Positions 48,282-58,915 of a stretch of DNA of 64,000 nucleotides are shown here, one piece after another. The notes below the pieces were generated by a model, which saw only the letters and a program-made list of their open reading frames with translations, ran no database searches and was not told the origin of the DNA. This DNA is from Phycisphaeraceae bacterium (lineage in GTDB: Bacteria; Planctomycetota; Phycisphaerae; Phycisphaerales; Zrk34), in contig JBBDRF010000001.1 in NCBI GenBank assembly GCA_040905565.1, positions 1-64,000 on the forward strand. Reading direction: 5' to 3'. Position 1 is the first letter of the stretch, and the number at the start of each line of letters is the position of its first letter. A program made the position numbers and the translations under genes.

Positions 48282-51200
48282 TCACGGCCCGTCGGGAGGC
48301 TCAGCTTCTTCCACTGATTCCGCGTCACCGTCGGCCTCGGCCTCGGCTTCATCGGCAAGCCTTGCCACAGGCGGGTTGCGATCCGCGTCACCTGCTGCGT
48401 CGATCTTCACGCGGGCCGCCTCACGAATTTCGCGCACGTCACGTCGGCGCACGCCTTGCTCGATCATCCGCGTCGCCATCCGCTCCGCCGCCTGCCACTG
48501 CCGCACCGCTTCTGCTTCACTGCCGGTGCGCCACAGCGCGTCGCCGAGGTGATCGAGAATCGTCGGATCCTCACCCATCGGCGTCGCCCGCGCCCGCCTC
48601 AGATGCATCACTGCCTGCTCAAAACGTCCGAGCTTGTAGTAGATCCACCCTGCCGTATCGAGGTACGCCCCGTTGTCAGGCTCCGCCCCGATCGCCGTCC
48701 GCGCCATCCCCAGCGCCTGCTCCAGGTTCCGATCCTGCTCCGCCCAGTAGTACGCCAGATCGTTGTTCGCCCCGGCATGCGCCGGATCGATCTCCAGCGC
48801 CGCCTTCAGCATCCGCTCCGCCTCAGCGATCTGTCCCACATCGTGATGGATGGTCGCTTTGAACGCGTACAGATCAGGCGCCTGATCGGGGTTCCCTTCG
48901 ATCGCCTTCGTCAACTCCGCCAGCGCCTCATCCGTCCGCTCGAGCCGATACAGCAGCTGCACCAGGTACAGCCTCAGCTCATCGACAAACTCAGGCTCCA
49001 GCGCGACCGCCTTGCGAAGCACCTCCACCGCCTTGTCAGGCCGATCCAGATGGTCCGACTCGTACAGCCGCGCCAGCTGCACATACGTCTCCGCAGACGG
49101 CTCCTGCCGATCGAGAAACCGCTCCATTTCCCGGTAAAACAGGGCGGTATCGTCGGTGTGCTTGACCACTTCCTCAAGCAGCAGCAACGGCACGACGTCC
49201 GCTTCCTCGTCCTCCGCACCCGCTTCGATGTGCTCCACGAGCAGGTCCTGCGCCTCCGCCCAGCGGTCGGTATGGCCAAGGATGCCCACCAGCCGACTCA
49301 GCGCTTCGTAGTCCTGTTGATCGTCCTCAAGAAGCGTCCGCAGCACCTGCTCAGCCTCATCGAACTCCGCACGAGGCAGGTGCCAATGCGTCACCATCCG
49401 CAGCCGGGCGATTCGGCTTTCGGGAATCTCCTGCTGAACCTGCCGCAACAATCGCAGCCGTTCCGATGCCTGCGTCCGCGGATTCTCATCATGCACGTCG
49501 AACAACAGCTCGTACGCCCGCTCGTTCTCAGGCTCCAGCTCCAGAGCTGTCCAAAGCGTCTCCGCCGCCGCGTCGAACTCCCGCTGACGCACCTGCATTT
49601 CCGCCAGCAGCAGTCGAGGCTCCGCACGACTGGCGTGATCTTCAATCAGCGATTCAAGCACCTCGACGGCATCTTCCACCCGCTCCAGCCCCGCGTAGAT
49701 TCGAGCCCGCGCCAGCCGTGAACGCCTGTCCCCAACCTCGCCCATCTCATCCAGCAGCGACAGCGCCTGCTCGTACCGCTCAAGCTGAATCTGAAGCTCC
49801 ACCAGCGCCAGGTGCGACGCTGCGAACGCAGGATCCAACTCAAGCGCCTGCTCGTATTCTGCGATCGCCTCTTCGGTGCGACCGTCGATTTCGTAAAGCT
49901 TCCCACGCAGGTACAAACCACTCGCCGTCGCGCTCAGCCGATCAAGTTCGCTCAGCAGGACAGGCTCTTCGTAGTGCGTCAGCAGTGCCTCGGCATAGGC
50001 ATCGGCCCGGCCGGGATTGGCCTGCATCAGCTGCACCACCGTCGCCACCGCCCGCTTCGCGTCAGCCTCGCCCAGCGTGGCGAGCAGCCGCTCGAACACC
50101 GCCACGTGCTCGGGCCGATGCTCCAGATGCTTCGCCAGCAGTTTCATCGCCTCAGCCGGCTCCAGCAGATCCGCCATCGCCATCGCCAGATGCGCCGGCC
50201 GGTCGGCCTCGTGGTACACCCGCTCCAAACGCTCCGCGAACGCCGCTTTGCCCGCCTCGTCCTGCGCGACATACCCCACCAGCGTCAGCGTCTGCTCAGC
50301 CGAGGCGGCATCGCCGACGCCTTCGATCAACAGCTGCTGCGCCGACCGCTCATGCCCCATCGCCACCAGCGCGTAAACCCGCCGGGCGGTCAGCATCACG
50401 TCGTCGGCATCCTCATCTTCCGCTGCTTTTTCATACTGTGCCAGACCTTCGTCGAGCCGACCCAGCCGCGTCAGTGCGTCGCCGATCTGCACATGCGTCC
50501 GCGCCCGCTGGCGATCCATGAAAGCCAGCTCGCGATGCAGCCGCGTCACTCGGCTCATGCGTTGCGGCAGCGTCAGGTACTGCTGAAGCTGTTGAACAGC
50601 CGCCGCGTCATACTGCATCTCAAAAAGCGCCTGCCCCATGTAGAACGGCCGCAGGTACGCCAGCGCCGGATCGACCTCGCCCTCGGTCAGCTCCTCCGAC
50701 CGCGCCAGCGCAACGATCGCCTCGGGCCAACGCCCGTTCTGGGCAGCGAATCGGCCGAGCAGAAACAGCGATTCGGCGTCGCTGCCGTCCAGCCGCACCG
50801 CTTCCTCCAGCCGTTGCGCCCCGCGTACTTCGTTGCCGAACGCGAAGTGCATGCGCCCAAGCACCCGCAGAATGTGGGCCGACTCGGGATCAAGCTGATG
50901 CGCCTCTTCCAGTTTGTTGATCGCTTGCAGCCGTTCGCCGTCGTGGTAGGCCAGCCTCCCCAGCGTGTACGCCCGGATCGCCGCCGCTGCGGGTTCCTCG
51001 CGCGGCTCAGCCTCGGCGGCGCTCGCCGCTTCGCTGATGTAATCCGGCGTATCGAGTTCCTCGAGCACCTGCTCAAAGCTGAGCGAAGCGGCCTGCAGCG
51101 CCTCGCCCTGCAACGGCTTCACCATCGCCCCCCGATCACGCAGCAGTTCGGGCGGCTCCAACTCCAGATCAAACGCGTCGCGATCGATCTCCAGTGCCCC

Positions 51201-51404
51201 CACCGTCACCGGCACCGCCTGCGCCGATGAAGCTTCCGCCGTGATGGCCTGACACCCCCCCAGCGTCCCCCCCAGCCCCCCCACCAACAATCCGCCCAAT
51301 AGCAGAACAGCCGCCCATTTTCGTGCACCGACAGTCGCCGCTCCGCTGGTGGATCCCACCGCGAGAAAACGGTTCGGCGTGACGCAAGGCGTTGTAGGCG
51401 GCAT
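48282..51404 (-). CDS. Large TPR-repeat lipoprotein
   Basis: Lipobox LGGC; many TPRs; C-terminal ANNDLAY...AYLDTAGWIYYKLG...ILDHLGD. Start uncertain. Confidence 0.85.
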   Translation of the reverse strand: MPPTTPCVTPNRFLAVGSTSGAATVGARKWAAVLLLGGLLVGGLGGTLGGCQAITAEASSAQAVPVTVGALEIDRDAFDLELEPPELLRDRGAMVKPLQGEALQAASLSFEQVLEELDTPDYISEAASAAEAEPREEPAAAAIRAYTLGRLAYHDGERLQAINKLEEAHQLDPESAHILRVLGRMHFAFGNEVRGAQRLEEAVRLDGSDAESLFLLGRFAAQNGRWPEAIVALARSEELTEGEVDPALAYLRPFYMGQALFEMQYDAAAVQQLQQYLTLPQRMSRVTRLHRELAFMDRQRARTHVQIGDALTRLGRLDEGLAQYEKAAEDEDADDVMLTARRVYALVAMGHERSAQQLLIEGVGDAASAEQTLTLVGYVAQDEAGKAAFAERLERVYHEADRPAHLAMAMADLLEPAEAMKLLAKHLEHRPEHVAVFERLLATLGEADAKRAVATVVQLMQANPGRADAYAEALLTHYEEPVLLSELDRLSATASGLYLRGKLYEIDGRTEEAIAEYEQALELDPAFAASHLALVELQIQLERYEQALSLLDEMGEVGDRRSRLARARIYAGLERVEDAVEVLESLIEDHASRAEPRLLLAEMQVRQREFDAAAETLWTALELEPENERAYELLFDVHDENPRTQASERLRLLRQVQQEIPESRIARLRMVTHWHLPRAEFDEAEQVLRTLLEDDQQDYEALSRLVGILGHTDRWAEAQDLLVEHIEAGAEDEEADVVPLLLLEEVVKHTDDTALFYREMERFLDRQEPSAETYVQLARLYESDHLDRPDKAVEVLRKAVALEPEFVDELRLYLVQLLYRLERTDEALAELTKAIEGNPDQAPDLYAFKATIHHDVGQIAEAERMLKAALEIDPAHAGANNDLAYYWAEQDRNLEQALGMARTAIGAEPDNGAYLDTAGWIYYKLGRFEQAVMHLRRARATPMGEDPTILDHLGDALWRTGSEAEAVRQWQAAERMATRMIEQGVRRRDVREIREAARVKIDAAGDADRNPPVARLADEAEAEADGDAESVEEAEPPDGP

Positions 51405-51409
51405 GCAGC

Positions 51410-52297
51410 TCAGTGGATCACCTTGTTCAGCGGGTAACTGAAGATACCCTTTGCCCCAGCCTTGTACAACTGAGGCACCAACTCACGCTCGACGTGCTCC
51501 TCGACGATCACCTCGACAGCGGTCCAATCCGAATCCGCCAACTGGCTCACCGTCGGGCTCTGCTCCGAAGGAAGCACAGCCAGCATCTCGTCAAGCTTCT
51601 CGCGAGGCACGTTCATCTTCAGCCCCACCTTTTGCCGGGCGTTGATCGCCCCTTGCAGCAGCAGGGCCAGGCTCTCAATCTTATCCCGCTTGGCTGGGTC
51701 CTTCCATGCTTCGTGGTTGGCGACCAGCCGCGTGGTGGATTCGAGAATCTCGTCGAGTATCTTGAGGTTATTCGCCTTGAGCGAAGAGCCTGTCTCGGTG
51801 ATGTCGACAATCGCATCGACCAGCCTTGCTTTAACTTCGGTCGCCCCCCACGAGAACTCGACCTTTACATCCACGTTGCGGTCCTTGAAGTACCGCTTGG
51901 TGGTGTTCATCAGTTCGGTGGATACGATGCCGCCCGCGAGGTCCTCGATCGTCTTGACGTTCGATTCCTCAGGCACCGCCAGCACCCAGCGCGCCGGCCG
52001 CGAGGTGGCCTTGGAGTACCGCAGCTCGCAGACTTCGTGCACGTCCGATTCGTTCTCGATCACCCAGTCGTGGCCGGTGATGCCCAGGTCGATCACGCCG
52101 TCCTCAACATAGCGGCTCATCTCCTGCGCCCGGAACATCACGCATGAAATTTCCGGATCGTCGATCTGCGGAAAATAGCTTCGGTCCGGCACGCGGATGC
52201 GATAGCCAGCCTTGGCGAACAGGTCGATTGTGGAGTTCTGCAAGCTGCCCTTGGGTAGCCCGATACGGAGGGTGTTGTCTTCGCTTCGACGGATCAT
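51410..52297 (-). CDS. hisG: ATP phosphoribosyltransferase, long form
   Basis: IGLPKGSL, DLGITGHDW, FSWGATE, DITETGSSL, C-terminal SPTVS regulatory domain. Confidence 0.95.
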   Translation of the reverse strand: MIRRSEDNTLRIGLPKGSLQNSTIDLFAKAGYRIRVPDRSYFPQIDDPEISCVMFRAQEMSRYVEDGVIDLGITGHDWVIENESDVHEVCELRYSKATSRPARWVLAVPEESNVKTIEDLAGGIVSTELMNTTKRYFKDRNVDVKVEFSWGATEVKARLVDAIVDITETGSSLKANNLKILDEILESTTRLVANHEAWKDPAKRDKIESLALLLQGAINARQKVGLKMNVPREKLDEMLAVLPSEQSPTVSQLADSDWTAVEVIVEEHVERELVPQLYKAGAKGIFSYPLNKVIH

Positions 52298-52369
52298 AGC
52301 CACTTCCAAATCTGTATCTTCCCCCCCAGATTATCAAACGCGGTGGTGAAATCGACCTCGGCCTCGGCG

Positions 52370-53107
52370 TCAGCGCTTCGCCGTGGTCTTTTTCTTCGTG
52401 GTGGTCTTGGTCGTCTTGGGCTTGGTGGTGCCCGCTTTCGCAGCCGTTCGGCTAGAACCGGCTTTGCTCGTCTTCTTGCCCGGCTTCGCCGGCTCCGCAA
52501 GCGTCACCTTCGCCTCGGCGTAAACCCGCAGCAGCTGCGCCGCCTCGAGCCCATCCCCCGCCCGGATGTTCTGCTCAAGGAACGTCTGGACCTGCTCGAC
52601 GGTGGCATCGTCTTCCACGACGCCGTCCGACCGAAGCTTCGTCACCAGTTGATCGTCCACGGGGATCGCATGAGCGCCCAGGCCGTACAGCAGCACGCTA
52701 GCGGAGACGAACGGCACCACGCCCGGCAGCTCCTCAAGCTTCGTCCGGGCCTCGCGCTTCGGCATCGCCGACAGCGTCTTGGTCACCATCCCATGCTCGA
52801 GCTGATACACGCCCCGCAGCACCATCACCAGCCGCTCAGCCCGTTCCTCAGCTTTGCTGTAACGCGTGCCGAGTATCTCAGCGATCTCGATGGGGTCGGT
52901 CACACGCAGATCGTTCAGATCCACCGTCGCCCGCTTCAGCTTCCCCATCGCCTGATCCGCCTGATTCCGCGTGGTGTTCCACGCCAGGAACGCATAAATC
53001 AGATGCTCAAGGGCCGTGCGCTCGGGCACCGGTTCAGCCTCAGCAGATTGTTTGAGTTTCTTCAACAGCTTCGTGAGCTTGGCCGCGTTCTCTGCATTCT
53101 TCTTCAC
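52370..53107 (-). CDS. HhH-GPD (endonuclease III-like) fold protein with Lys/Thr-rich tail
   Basis: VDLNDLRV, LEELPGV, HAIPVD; no Fe-S cysteines; GTGA overlap with rbfA. Confidence 0.65.
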   Translation of the reverse strand: MKKNAENAAKLTKLLKKLKQSAEAEPVPERTALEHLIYAFLAWNTTRNQADQAMGKLKRATVDLNDLRVTDPIEIAEILGTRYSKAEERAERLVMVLRGVYQLEHGMVTKTLSAMPKREARTKLEELPGVVPFVSASVLLYGLGAHAIPVDDQLVTKLRSDGVVEDDATVEQVQTFLEQNIRAGDGLEAAQLLRVYAEAKVTLAEPAKPGKKTSKAGSSRTAAKAGTTKPKTTKTTTKKKTTAKR

Positions 53108-53535
53108 GAGGGGGGATCCTCCGGAGCGGAGTTGGTATCGGAGGGCGGCAAGGCATCGGCAGCATCGACATCGTCAGAGCCGGGCGCAGGCTCTCCCGAT
53201 TCCACCGCCTTGCGAATCAGGTCCAGCATGTCCGCCTGCTTCTTCAGCGAGCGGTCAAGTTCAAAATGTAAATGAGGGATCGTGCGCGTGCGGACTTCTT
53301 TGTACAGCAGCGCCTGGATGTGCCTCGCCGCATGACGCAGCCCGTGCAGCGTCCGCGATTCGTGCTTCTCAGGCATCACCGAAATGCCCACCACGGCATG
53401 GCGAAAATCAGGCGTGACCTCCATCTTCGTCACCGTGATCATCCCCGCGATCCGCGGATCGTTCAGCCGCGTCGTCAGCACCATGCTCAAAGCACGGGTG
53501 AGGGTGGAGGTAAATTGTTCGCGCCGTCGACTCAT
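53104..53535 (-). CDS. rbfA: Ribosome-binding factor A
   Basis: DPRIAGMITVTKMEVTPD, RTIPHLHFELD; downstream of infB. Confidence 0.9.
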   Translation of the reverse strand: MSRRREQFTSTLTRALSMVLTTRLNDPRIAGMITVTKMEVTPDFRHAVVGISVMPEKHESRTLHGLRHAARHIQALLYKEVRTRTIPHLHFELDRSLKKQADMLDLIRKAVESGEPAPGSDDVDAADALPPSDTNSAPEDPPS

Positions 53536-53559
53536 GCCGTCTCGCCTCTATCACGGACC

Positions 53560-53850
53560 TCAGCGGCCCGAAATAATCTCCATCTGATGATCGTTGACGA
53601 CCACGAACCGGTTCCGCCGAATCTCTTCGAGAATCCGATCAAGCACGCTCTGGGCGTGGGCGCCGGAAGTTGAAACCAGCGCGATGCCCAGTACCGCAAC
53701 CTGATGCGCTTCCTGCCGATCGACCTCCGCCACCGCGACCTGGTGCTCGCGGTGAAGCCGATCTTTGAGACTGCTGACCACACGGCGTTTGTCCTTCAGA
53801 CTCGTCGCGTCGCCGATCAGCAGCTCAATCTGAAGCACGCCGATGATCAT
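53560..53850 (-). CDS. DUF503 (YlxP-like) protein
   Basis: SLKDKRRVVSSLKDRL, VAVAEV; typical position between infB and rbfA. Confidence 0.9.
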   Translation of the reverse strand: MIIGVLQIELLIGDATSLKDKRRVVSSLKDRLHREHQVAVAEVDRQEAHQVAVLGIALVSTSGAHAQSVLDRILEEIRRNRFVVVNDHQMEIISGR

Positions 53851-53871
53851 GTTGACCCCGAACCGGCAACC

Positions 53872-56811
53872 TTAGAGCGTCGCCTTCTCTTCCCGGGTGA
53901 CGTAGCACTCGAGAATATCGCCAGCTTGAATATCGTCGTAGCCTTGGATCTTCATGCCGCATTCCATGCCGCCACGAACCTCGCGGGCGTCGTCCTTGAA
54001 GCGTTTAAGCTGTTCAAGCGTCCGGTCATGTTCGATGACGATGTCGTTACGCGTCACACGGATCAGGGCGTTACGCCGCACGATGCCGTCGGTGACGTAG
54101 CAGCCTGCCACAGCACCAACCTTGGAGACGCGGAACACGTCGCGGACCTCGGCATGGCCGAGCACCTCTTCACGCTGCGTCGGATCAAGCATGCCTTCGA
54201 GGGCGGCGTTGACGTCGTCGGTGATGTCGTAGATCACGCGGTACAGGCGGACATCCACGCCCCGACGTTCCGCTGCCGAGCGGGCCGTGGGCGAAGCAAT
54301 CACCTGGAAACCGATGATGACAGCGTCCGACGCTTCGGCCAGCAGCACGTCCGATTCGGTGATACCACCGACCGCCGCATGCAGCACCCGAACCTTCACG
54401 TCCTCGTTGCCCATCTCCTGAAGCGAACCACGCAGCACTTCGATCGTGCCCTGAACGTCCGCCTTCAGCACCACGCGAAGTTCTTTGACCTCGCTGGCCT
54501 TCATCTGCTCGAACACGTTCGCAAGCGTGATCTTGTTCTTGCTCGCCAGCTCGTGCTTGCGCTCATTGTCACGGCGGTATTCCGCGATCTCCTCAGCCTG
54601 TCGCAGACCGCTGGTGACGTAAAGCTTGTCGCCCGCGTCGGGCACCTGGTCCAGACCGCTGACCTCGACAGGCGTGGCCGGGCCCGCCTCTTCGATCAGC
54701 TTGCCCTTGTCATCCATCAGCGAGCGGACCTTGCCGAAGCCGCGACCGGCGACGACCGTATCGCCAACCCGCATGCGGCCTTCCTGCACCAGCACGCGAG
54801 CGATCGGCCCACGTCCCGGATCAAGCTGCGCCTCGACGACGAAGCCGTACGCTTCGCCGGCATAGTCCGCGGTGAGCTCCTGAAGCTCCGCCTGGTAGTC
54901 GAGAATCTCGACCAGTTCCTTCACGCCTTCGCCGGTTTCGGCGGAGACCTTGATCACTTCCGTCTGGCCGCCCCACTCGACAGGGCTCAGCTCACGCTCA
55001 GCAAGCTGACCGTAAATCTTCTGGATGTTCGAGTCGGTCGCTTCGGGCTTGTCGATCTTGTTCAGCGCCACCACGATCGCGACCCCAGCTGCCTTCGCAT
55101 GGTCGATCGATTCGATCGTCTGAGGCATCACGCCGTCGTCCGCAGCGATGACCAGCACGACGATATCCGCCAGCGTGGCCCCGCGCGAACGCATGCTGGT
55201 GAACGCCTGGTGACCGGGCGTATCGAGGAAGACCACGCTCTTATCCGTGCCGTCGGAACCCTGAATGGTCGTCCGGAACGCACCGATGTTCTGTGTGATA
55301 CCGCCTGCTTCGCCGGTCGCCACGTCCGCCACGCGGATGCGATCCAACAGCGACGTCTTGCCATGGTCAACGTGCCCCAGCACCGCCACCACCGGAGGCC
55401 TGCCGTGCACGTCCGTACGATCACGCGTCTCAAGCGACGCTTCGATCGATTCCTCAGCCGTCTGTGCCGCCTTCACCTCGAGTTCGATGTCGTACTCGAG
55501 GCAGATCTCCATCGCAGCTTCAGCATCGATGTGGTTGTTGATCGTCGCCATGACCCCCTTGTTGAAGAGGAATTTGACGATGTCGGTCGCCTTGATGCCC
55601 GTCGCGGCCGAGAGATCCTTGATCGTCATCGGCTCGGCGATCTGCACCTTGCCGCCGACGGTTGCGGGCGTCGCCGCCTGGCTTCCGCCCTCGGCTCGCT
55701 TCTTCATCTGCCGACGGCGCTGCTTCAGGAAGCCGACCGCGGTATTCAAACGCTCTTCACGCTCGATGAGGTCCTGCGCTCTGCGAGCGCCCTTGAACCA
55801 CGCTGCCGCCTCACCACCGCGACCGCCCTTGCCTCTGCGCCGACGCGGCGAACGACTCGCTTCATCTTCCTTCGGGGCACCCTCAGCCGACTTCACACCA
55901 CGACCACGCGCCGGCCCCTGGGACCGAAGCAGATCAGGCATGCCCGTCGGAGGCGGACCACCAGGTCCACCCGGACCACGGCCGCCGGGCCCGCCAGGAC
56001 CACGACCACCCGGACCGCCAGGACCACCCGGACCGCCGGGCCCACGACGACGCGGCGCGGGAAGCACATCAGGCTCCTCAATGCGCACGACCTTGGGACC
56101 ACGTAGCTTCGCCGCCGTTGGCTGCACACGCTGAGGCTTCGCCTTCGCCTGCGGAGCCGCTTCGGGCGCTTCTTCATCCTTAGCTGGTTCACCCGGACGG
56201 GGTGGCTCAACCGCTTCCGGCGCGGGCTCGCCCTTGCGAGCGACCGGCTCGGTCTCTTCCTCGGCCTCAGCCTCAGCGGGCGCCTCGGCGACCTCTTCGG
56301 TCGGCGCCTCGGCCACGACCTCAGCCTCGCCTGCCTCCTCCTCGGGGGCAGCCTCCGCTTCGGCGTGATCGGCCGCGGCGGCCTCGGCGTCATCCGCCTC
56401 ATCCTGCGCCGCCTTCGTCGCAGCCGCGTCCGCTGCACCGGCGCTCTCGTCACCCTCTTCAGGGGCCGCGGCAGCAGCGGCAGCGCCGCCGGCCTCGGAC
56501 TCCTCAGGCTCAAGCTCAGCCGTCGCCTGCGCGCGGCCGCCCTCTTCGCCCTCGTCCTCCTCGCCGATCTTCTTCCGTCGGCGGGCTTTCGCCTTCACCT
56601 TCGTCAGATCGACCTTCTCCGCAGTCTCGACAGCGGTACCCCCCGCCGCCTCGTCACCGAACCACTCGCGGATCGTGGCCTCGAGGCCCGCCGATACCGC
56701 AGCCATGTGGTTCTTCATCTCAAGACCTTCTGCTCGACACTTCTCGAGAATAGCCTTGGATTCCACCCCTAGCTCGCGGGCGATCTGGAATACGCGTCTG
56801 GCCTTAGCCAA
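53872..56811 (-). CDS. infB: Translation initiation factor IF-2
   Basis: GHVDHGKTSLLD, DTPGHQAF, NKID, KADVQG, GMECG; TTG start with AAGGAG. Confidence 0.97.
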   Translation of the reverse strand: MAKARRVFQIARELGVESKAILEKCRAEGLEMKNHMAAVSAGLEATIREWFGDEAAGGTAVETAEKVDLTKVKAKARRRKKIGEEDEGEEGGRAQATAELEPEESEAGGAAAAAAAPEEGDESAGAADAAATKAAQDEADDAEAAAADHAEAEAAPEEEAGEAEVVAEAPTEEVAEAPAEAEAEEETEPVARKGEPAPEAVEPPRPGEPAKDEEAPEAAPQAKAKPQRVQPTAAKLRGPKVVRIEEPDVLPAPRRRGPGGPGGPGGPGGRGPGGPGGRGPGGPGGPPPTGMPDLLRSQGPARGRGVKSAEGAPKEDEASRSPRRRRGKGGRGGEAAAWFKGARRAQDLIEREERLNTAVGFLKQRRRQMKKRAEGGSQAATPATVGGKVQIAEPMTIKDLSAATGIKATDIVKFLFNKGVMATINNHIDAEAAMEICLEYDIELEVKAAQTAEESIEASLETRDRTDVHGRPPVVAVLGHVDHGKTSLLDRIRVADVATGEAGGITQNIGAFRTTIQGSDGTDKSVVFLDTPGHQAFTSMRSRGATLADIVVLVIAADDGVMPQTIESIDHAKAAGVAIVVALNKIDKPEATDSNIQKIYGQLAERELSPVEWGGQTEVIKVSAETGEGVKELVEILDYQAELQELTADYAGEAYGFVVEAQLDPGRGPIARVLVQEGRMRVGDTVVAGRGFGKVRSLMDDKGKLIEEAGPATPVEVSGLDQVPDAGDKLYVTSGLRQAEEIAEYRRDNERKHELASKNKITLANVFEQMKASEVKELRVVLKADVQGTIEVLRGSLQEMGNEDVKVRVLHAAVGGITESDVLLAEASDAVIIGFQVIASPTARSAAERRGVDVRLYRVIYDITDDVNAALEGMLDPTQREEVLGHAEVRDVFRVSKVGAVAGCYVTDGIVRRNALIRVTRNDIVIEHDRTLEQLKRFKDDAREVRGGMECGMKIQGYDDIQAGDILECYVTREEKATL

Positions 56812-56890
56812 AATGAAGCTCCTTGCGACATCCTAATAGTCGCTGCCTGTCGGGCGCCGCACCATTGCGACGCCTGCTTTTCAGTGGCGA

Positions 56891-58501
56891 TCAGCCGGTC
56901 GAATCCGGCGTCTCACGACGCGAGGCTTCTTCATCCTCGCCCTCGCTTTCGCCAGCCGATTCCGACTCCTGACGCTGCGCCGCCAGCGCCTCGTCAGACG
57001 AACGCTCAGACTCCTCCTCGGAGCCGGGCGTCTGCTGCTGTTCGTTGGGTTCCGGTTCTTCCCCCGGATGACTCTCGGCGTTAACTTCCGCCTTATTTTC
57101 TACGTCCGCAGCCGGTGCCGGTTCGCTTGCCGGCTCGTCCGAAGGCGTTTCGTTGGGACGATTGAGCAGCATATCCATAATGTTGCCCGATTCTTTAGGC
57201 TGCTGCGGCTTGGCCGCAGCGCTGGCTGCGGGGCCGAGGTTGCCCAGGATCGCCGCCGCCTGCTGGTCTGCCGCGTCGCCGCCGCTGACCCCTTCTTCCG
57301 CACGCCGCTGCGCCGCTTCTTCACGCTCACGCTGCTGCTGCTCCGCGACGACCTTCGCCTTCTCCGAGCAGATTTCAACAATGCGCTCAGCAAGCTCGTG
57401 CGTCATCCCGAAGTCGCCAAGATGCTCCACGAGCACCTCGGGGCCGACCTCTTCGATGTCGAACACCGTGATGAACCCGAGCGCTGCCATGCGGTCGATG
57501 ACGCCTTCGTTGATGCCTTCGATCGGCCCCAGCGTCTCATCAATAATGTCCAGACCCTTGGCGAACTCCTCAGGCGTCAGGATGTCAACATCCCAGCCTG
57601 TAAGCCTCGCCGCCAGCCTGACATTCTGCCCGCGCTTGCCGATGGCCAGCGAGAGCTGATCTTCGTTGACGACCACCGTCGCCCGGCCGAGCTCGAAGCA
57701 AAGCGAGATCTCCACGATCTCCGCCGGCCGCAGCGCGTTCGCGATCAGCACCTGCGACGACTCGTTCCAACGGACCACGTCGATCTTCTCGCCGCCGAGC
57801 TCGTCGACGATGTTCTTGATTCGGCTACCCCGCACACCCACGCAAGCGCCGACCGCGTCGACCTTTGAGTCGATCGAGCTGACCGCCACCTTCGTCCGGT
57901 GCCCCGGCTCACGCGCCAGCGCTTTGATTTCGATGATCCGCTCGGACACCTCGGGCACTTCCACCTCGAAGAGCCTGCGGATGAATTCCTGGTGCGCCCG
58001 CGTCATCACGATCTTGACCTGATTGCCTTCGTCGCGGACGTCGAGAATCAGACAGCGGATGCGTTCGCCCGGCGCATGTTGTTCGCCTGGGATCTGCTCG
58101 CTGCGGGGCATAAACCCTTCCGCGCGGCCGAGTGAGATCACCAGCGCCCCGCCTTCGTAGCGTTGGGCGGTGCCGGTGACCAGTTCGCCGACCCGGCCGA
58201 CGAATTCGTCGTAGATGCTGGCGCGTTCGTCTTCCCGGAACTTCTGAATCATCACCTGCTTAGCGGTCTGAGCGGGGATACGGCCCAGAGACTCGAGCGG
58301 GATTTTTTCGCCGTGATGAAAAACGTTGATCTCGCCGGTCAGGCGGTCGACGTTGCAGTTAAATTCTTCAGGGTCTTCAGCATTAAAATGCTTGCGAGCG
58401 GCACTGATCATCGCCTGCTCAATATCGTAGAACAGCGTATCTTTATCGACGTTGCGATCACGCGCGATGGAATCGATGATACGAAGCATGTCCTGGTTCA
58501 T
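56891..58501 (-). CDS. nusA: Transcription termination/antitermination factor NusA
   Basis: GRIPAQTAKQV, EVPEV, AREPGHRTKVAV, GACVGVRGSR, AIGKRGQNVRLA; ATG at 58501. Confidence 0.96.
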   Translation of the reverse strand: MNQDMLRIIDSIARDRNVDKDTLFYDIEQAMISAARKHFNAEDPEEFNCNVDRLTGEINVFHHGEKIPLESLGRIPAQTAKQVMIQKFREDERASIYDEFVGRVGELVTGTAQRYEGGALVISLGRAEGFMPRSEQIPGEQHAPGERIRCLILDVRDEGNQVKIVMTRAHQEFIRRLFEVEVPEVSERIIEIKALAREPGHRTKVAVSSIDSKVDAVGACVGVRGSRIKNIVDELGGEKIDVVRWNESSQVLIANALRPAEIVEISLCFELGRATVVVNEDQLSLAIGKRGQNVRLAARLTGWDVDILTPEEFAKGLDIIDETLGPIEGINEGVIDRMAALGFITVFDIEEVGPEVLVEHLGDFGMTHELAERIVEICSEKAKVVAEQQQREREEAAQRRAEEGVSGGDAADQQAAAILGNLGPAASAAAKPQQPKESGNIMDMLLNRPNETPSDEPASEPAPAADVENKAEVNAESHPGEEPEPNEQQQTPGSEEESERSSDEALAAQRQESESAGESEGEDEEASRRETPDSTG

Positions 58502-58582
58502 GTCCGACGCTCTTTCTAATGGCGATGCCGGGTTCGTGCCGGTCGCCGGTCTCACACGCTGCACCTGAAAGCGCAACGTCCT

Positions 58583-58628
58583 AAAAAAACGGCAGGCCAC
58601 GCAGTGCGATGAAACGCGGCGTGGCCCG
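58583..58628 (-). terminator. Intrinsic terminator/attenuator upstream of nusA
   Basis: Minus strand CGGGCCACGC...GCGTGGCCTG stem followed by CCG-T7, about 80 nt before the nusA start. Confidence 0.6.
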
Positions 58629-58915
58629 GGCGGGACTGGCGCCGGCCCCGGCCGATCGCTAAGAATCGGCTGAACCGTTGCCTCACAGGTTGGAATGCCC
58701 TTCTCAGGTCATCCCAAACCTCCTGCCCGCGGATGCGGCGCTGCGCTGGGCCGTCGGCGCAACAACATGAAGCGGATTACGCTCCATGTCCCTCGCCCGT
58801 GCTCTGGCCCAAAGTTGTCTTGGTGAAAACGTCCATCACTGGCGCTTCTCCAGACGGCGTAAACGCACCTCGCTCTCAACGGCACGCACCATGCGTACCA
58901 TCGGGCGGTCTCGTC

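Noticed and set aside
55950..56045. Tandem GGP/PGG-encoding repeats in infB
   Set aside because: Low-complexity Gly/Pro linkers are common in IF-2 N-termini.
58687..58721. TPP riboswitch suggested by CTGAGA
   Set aside because: The other conserved TPP elements are missing and the downstream gene is unrelated to thiamine.
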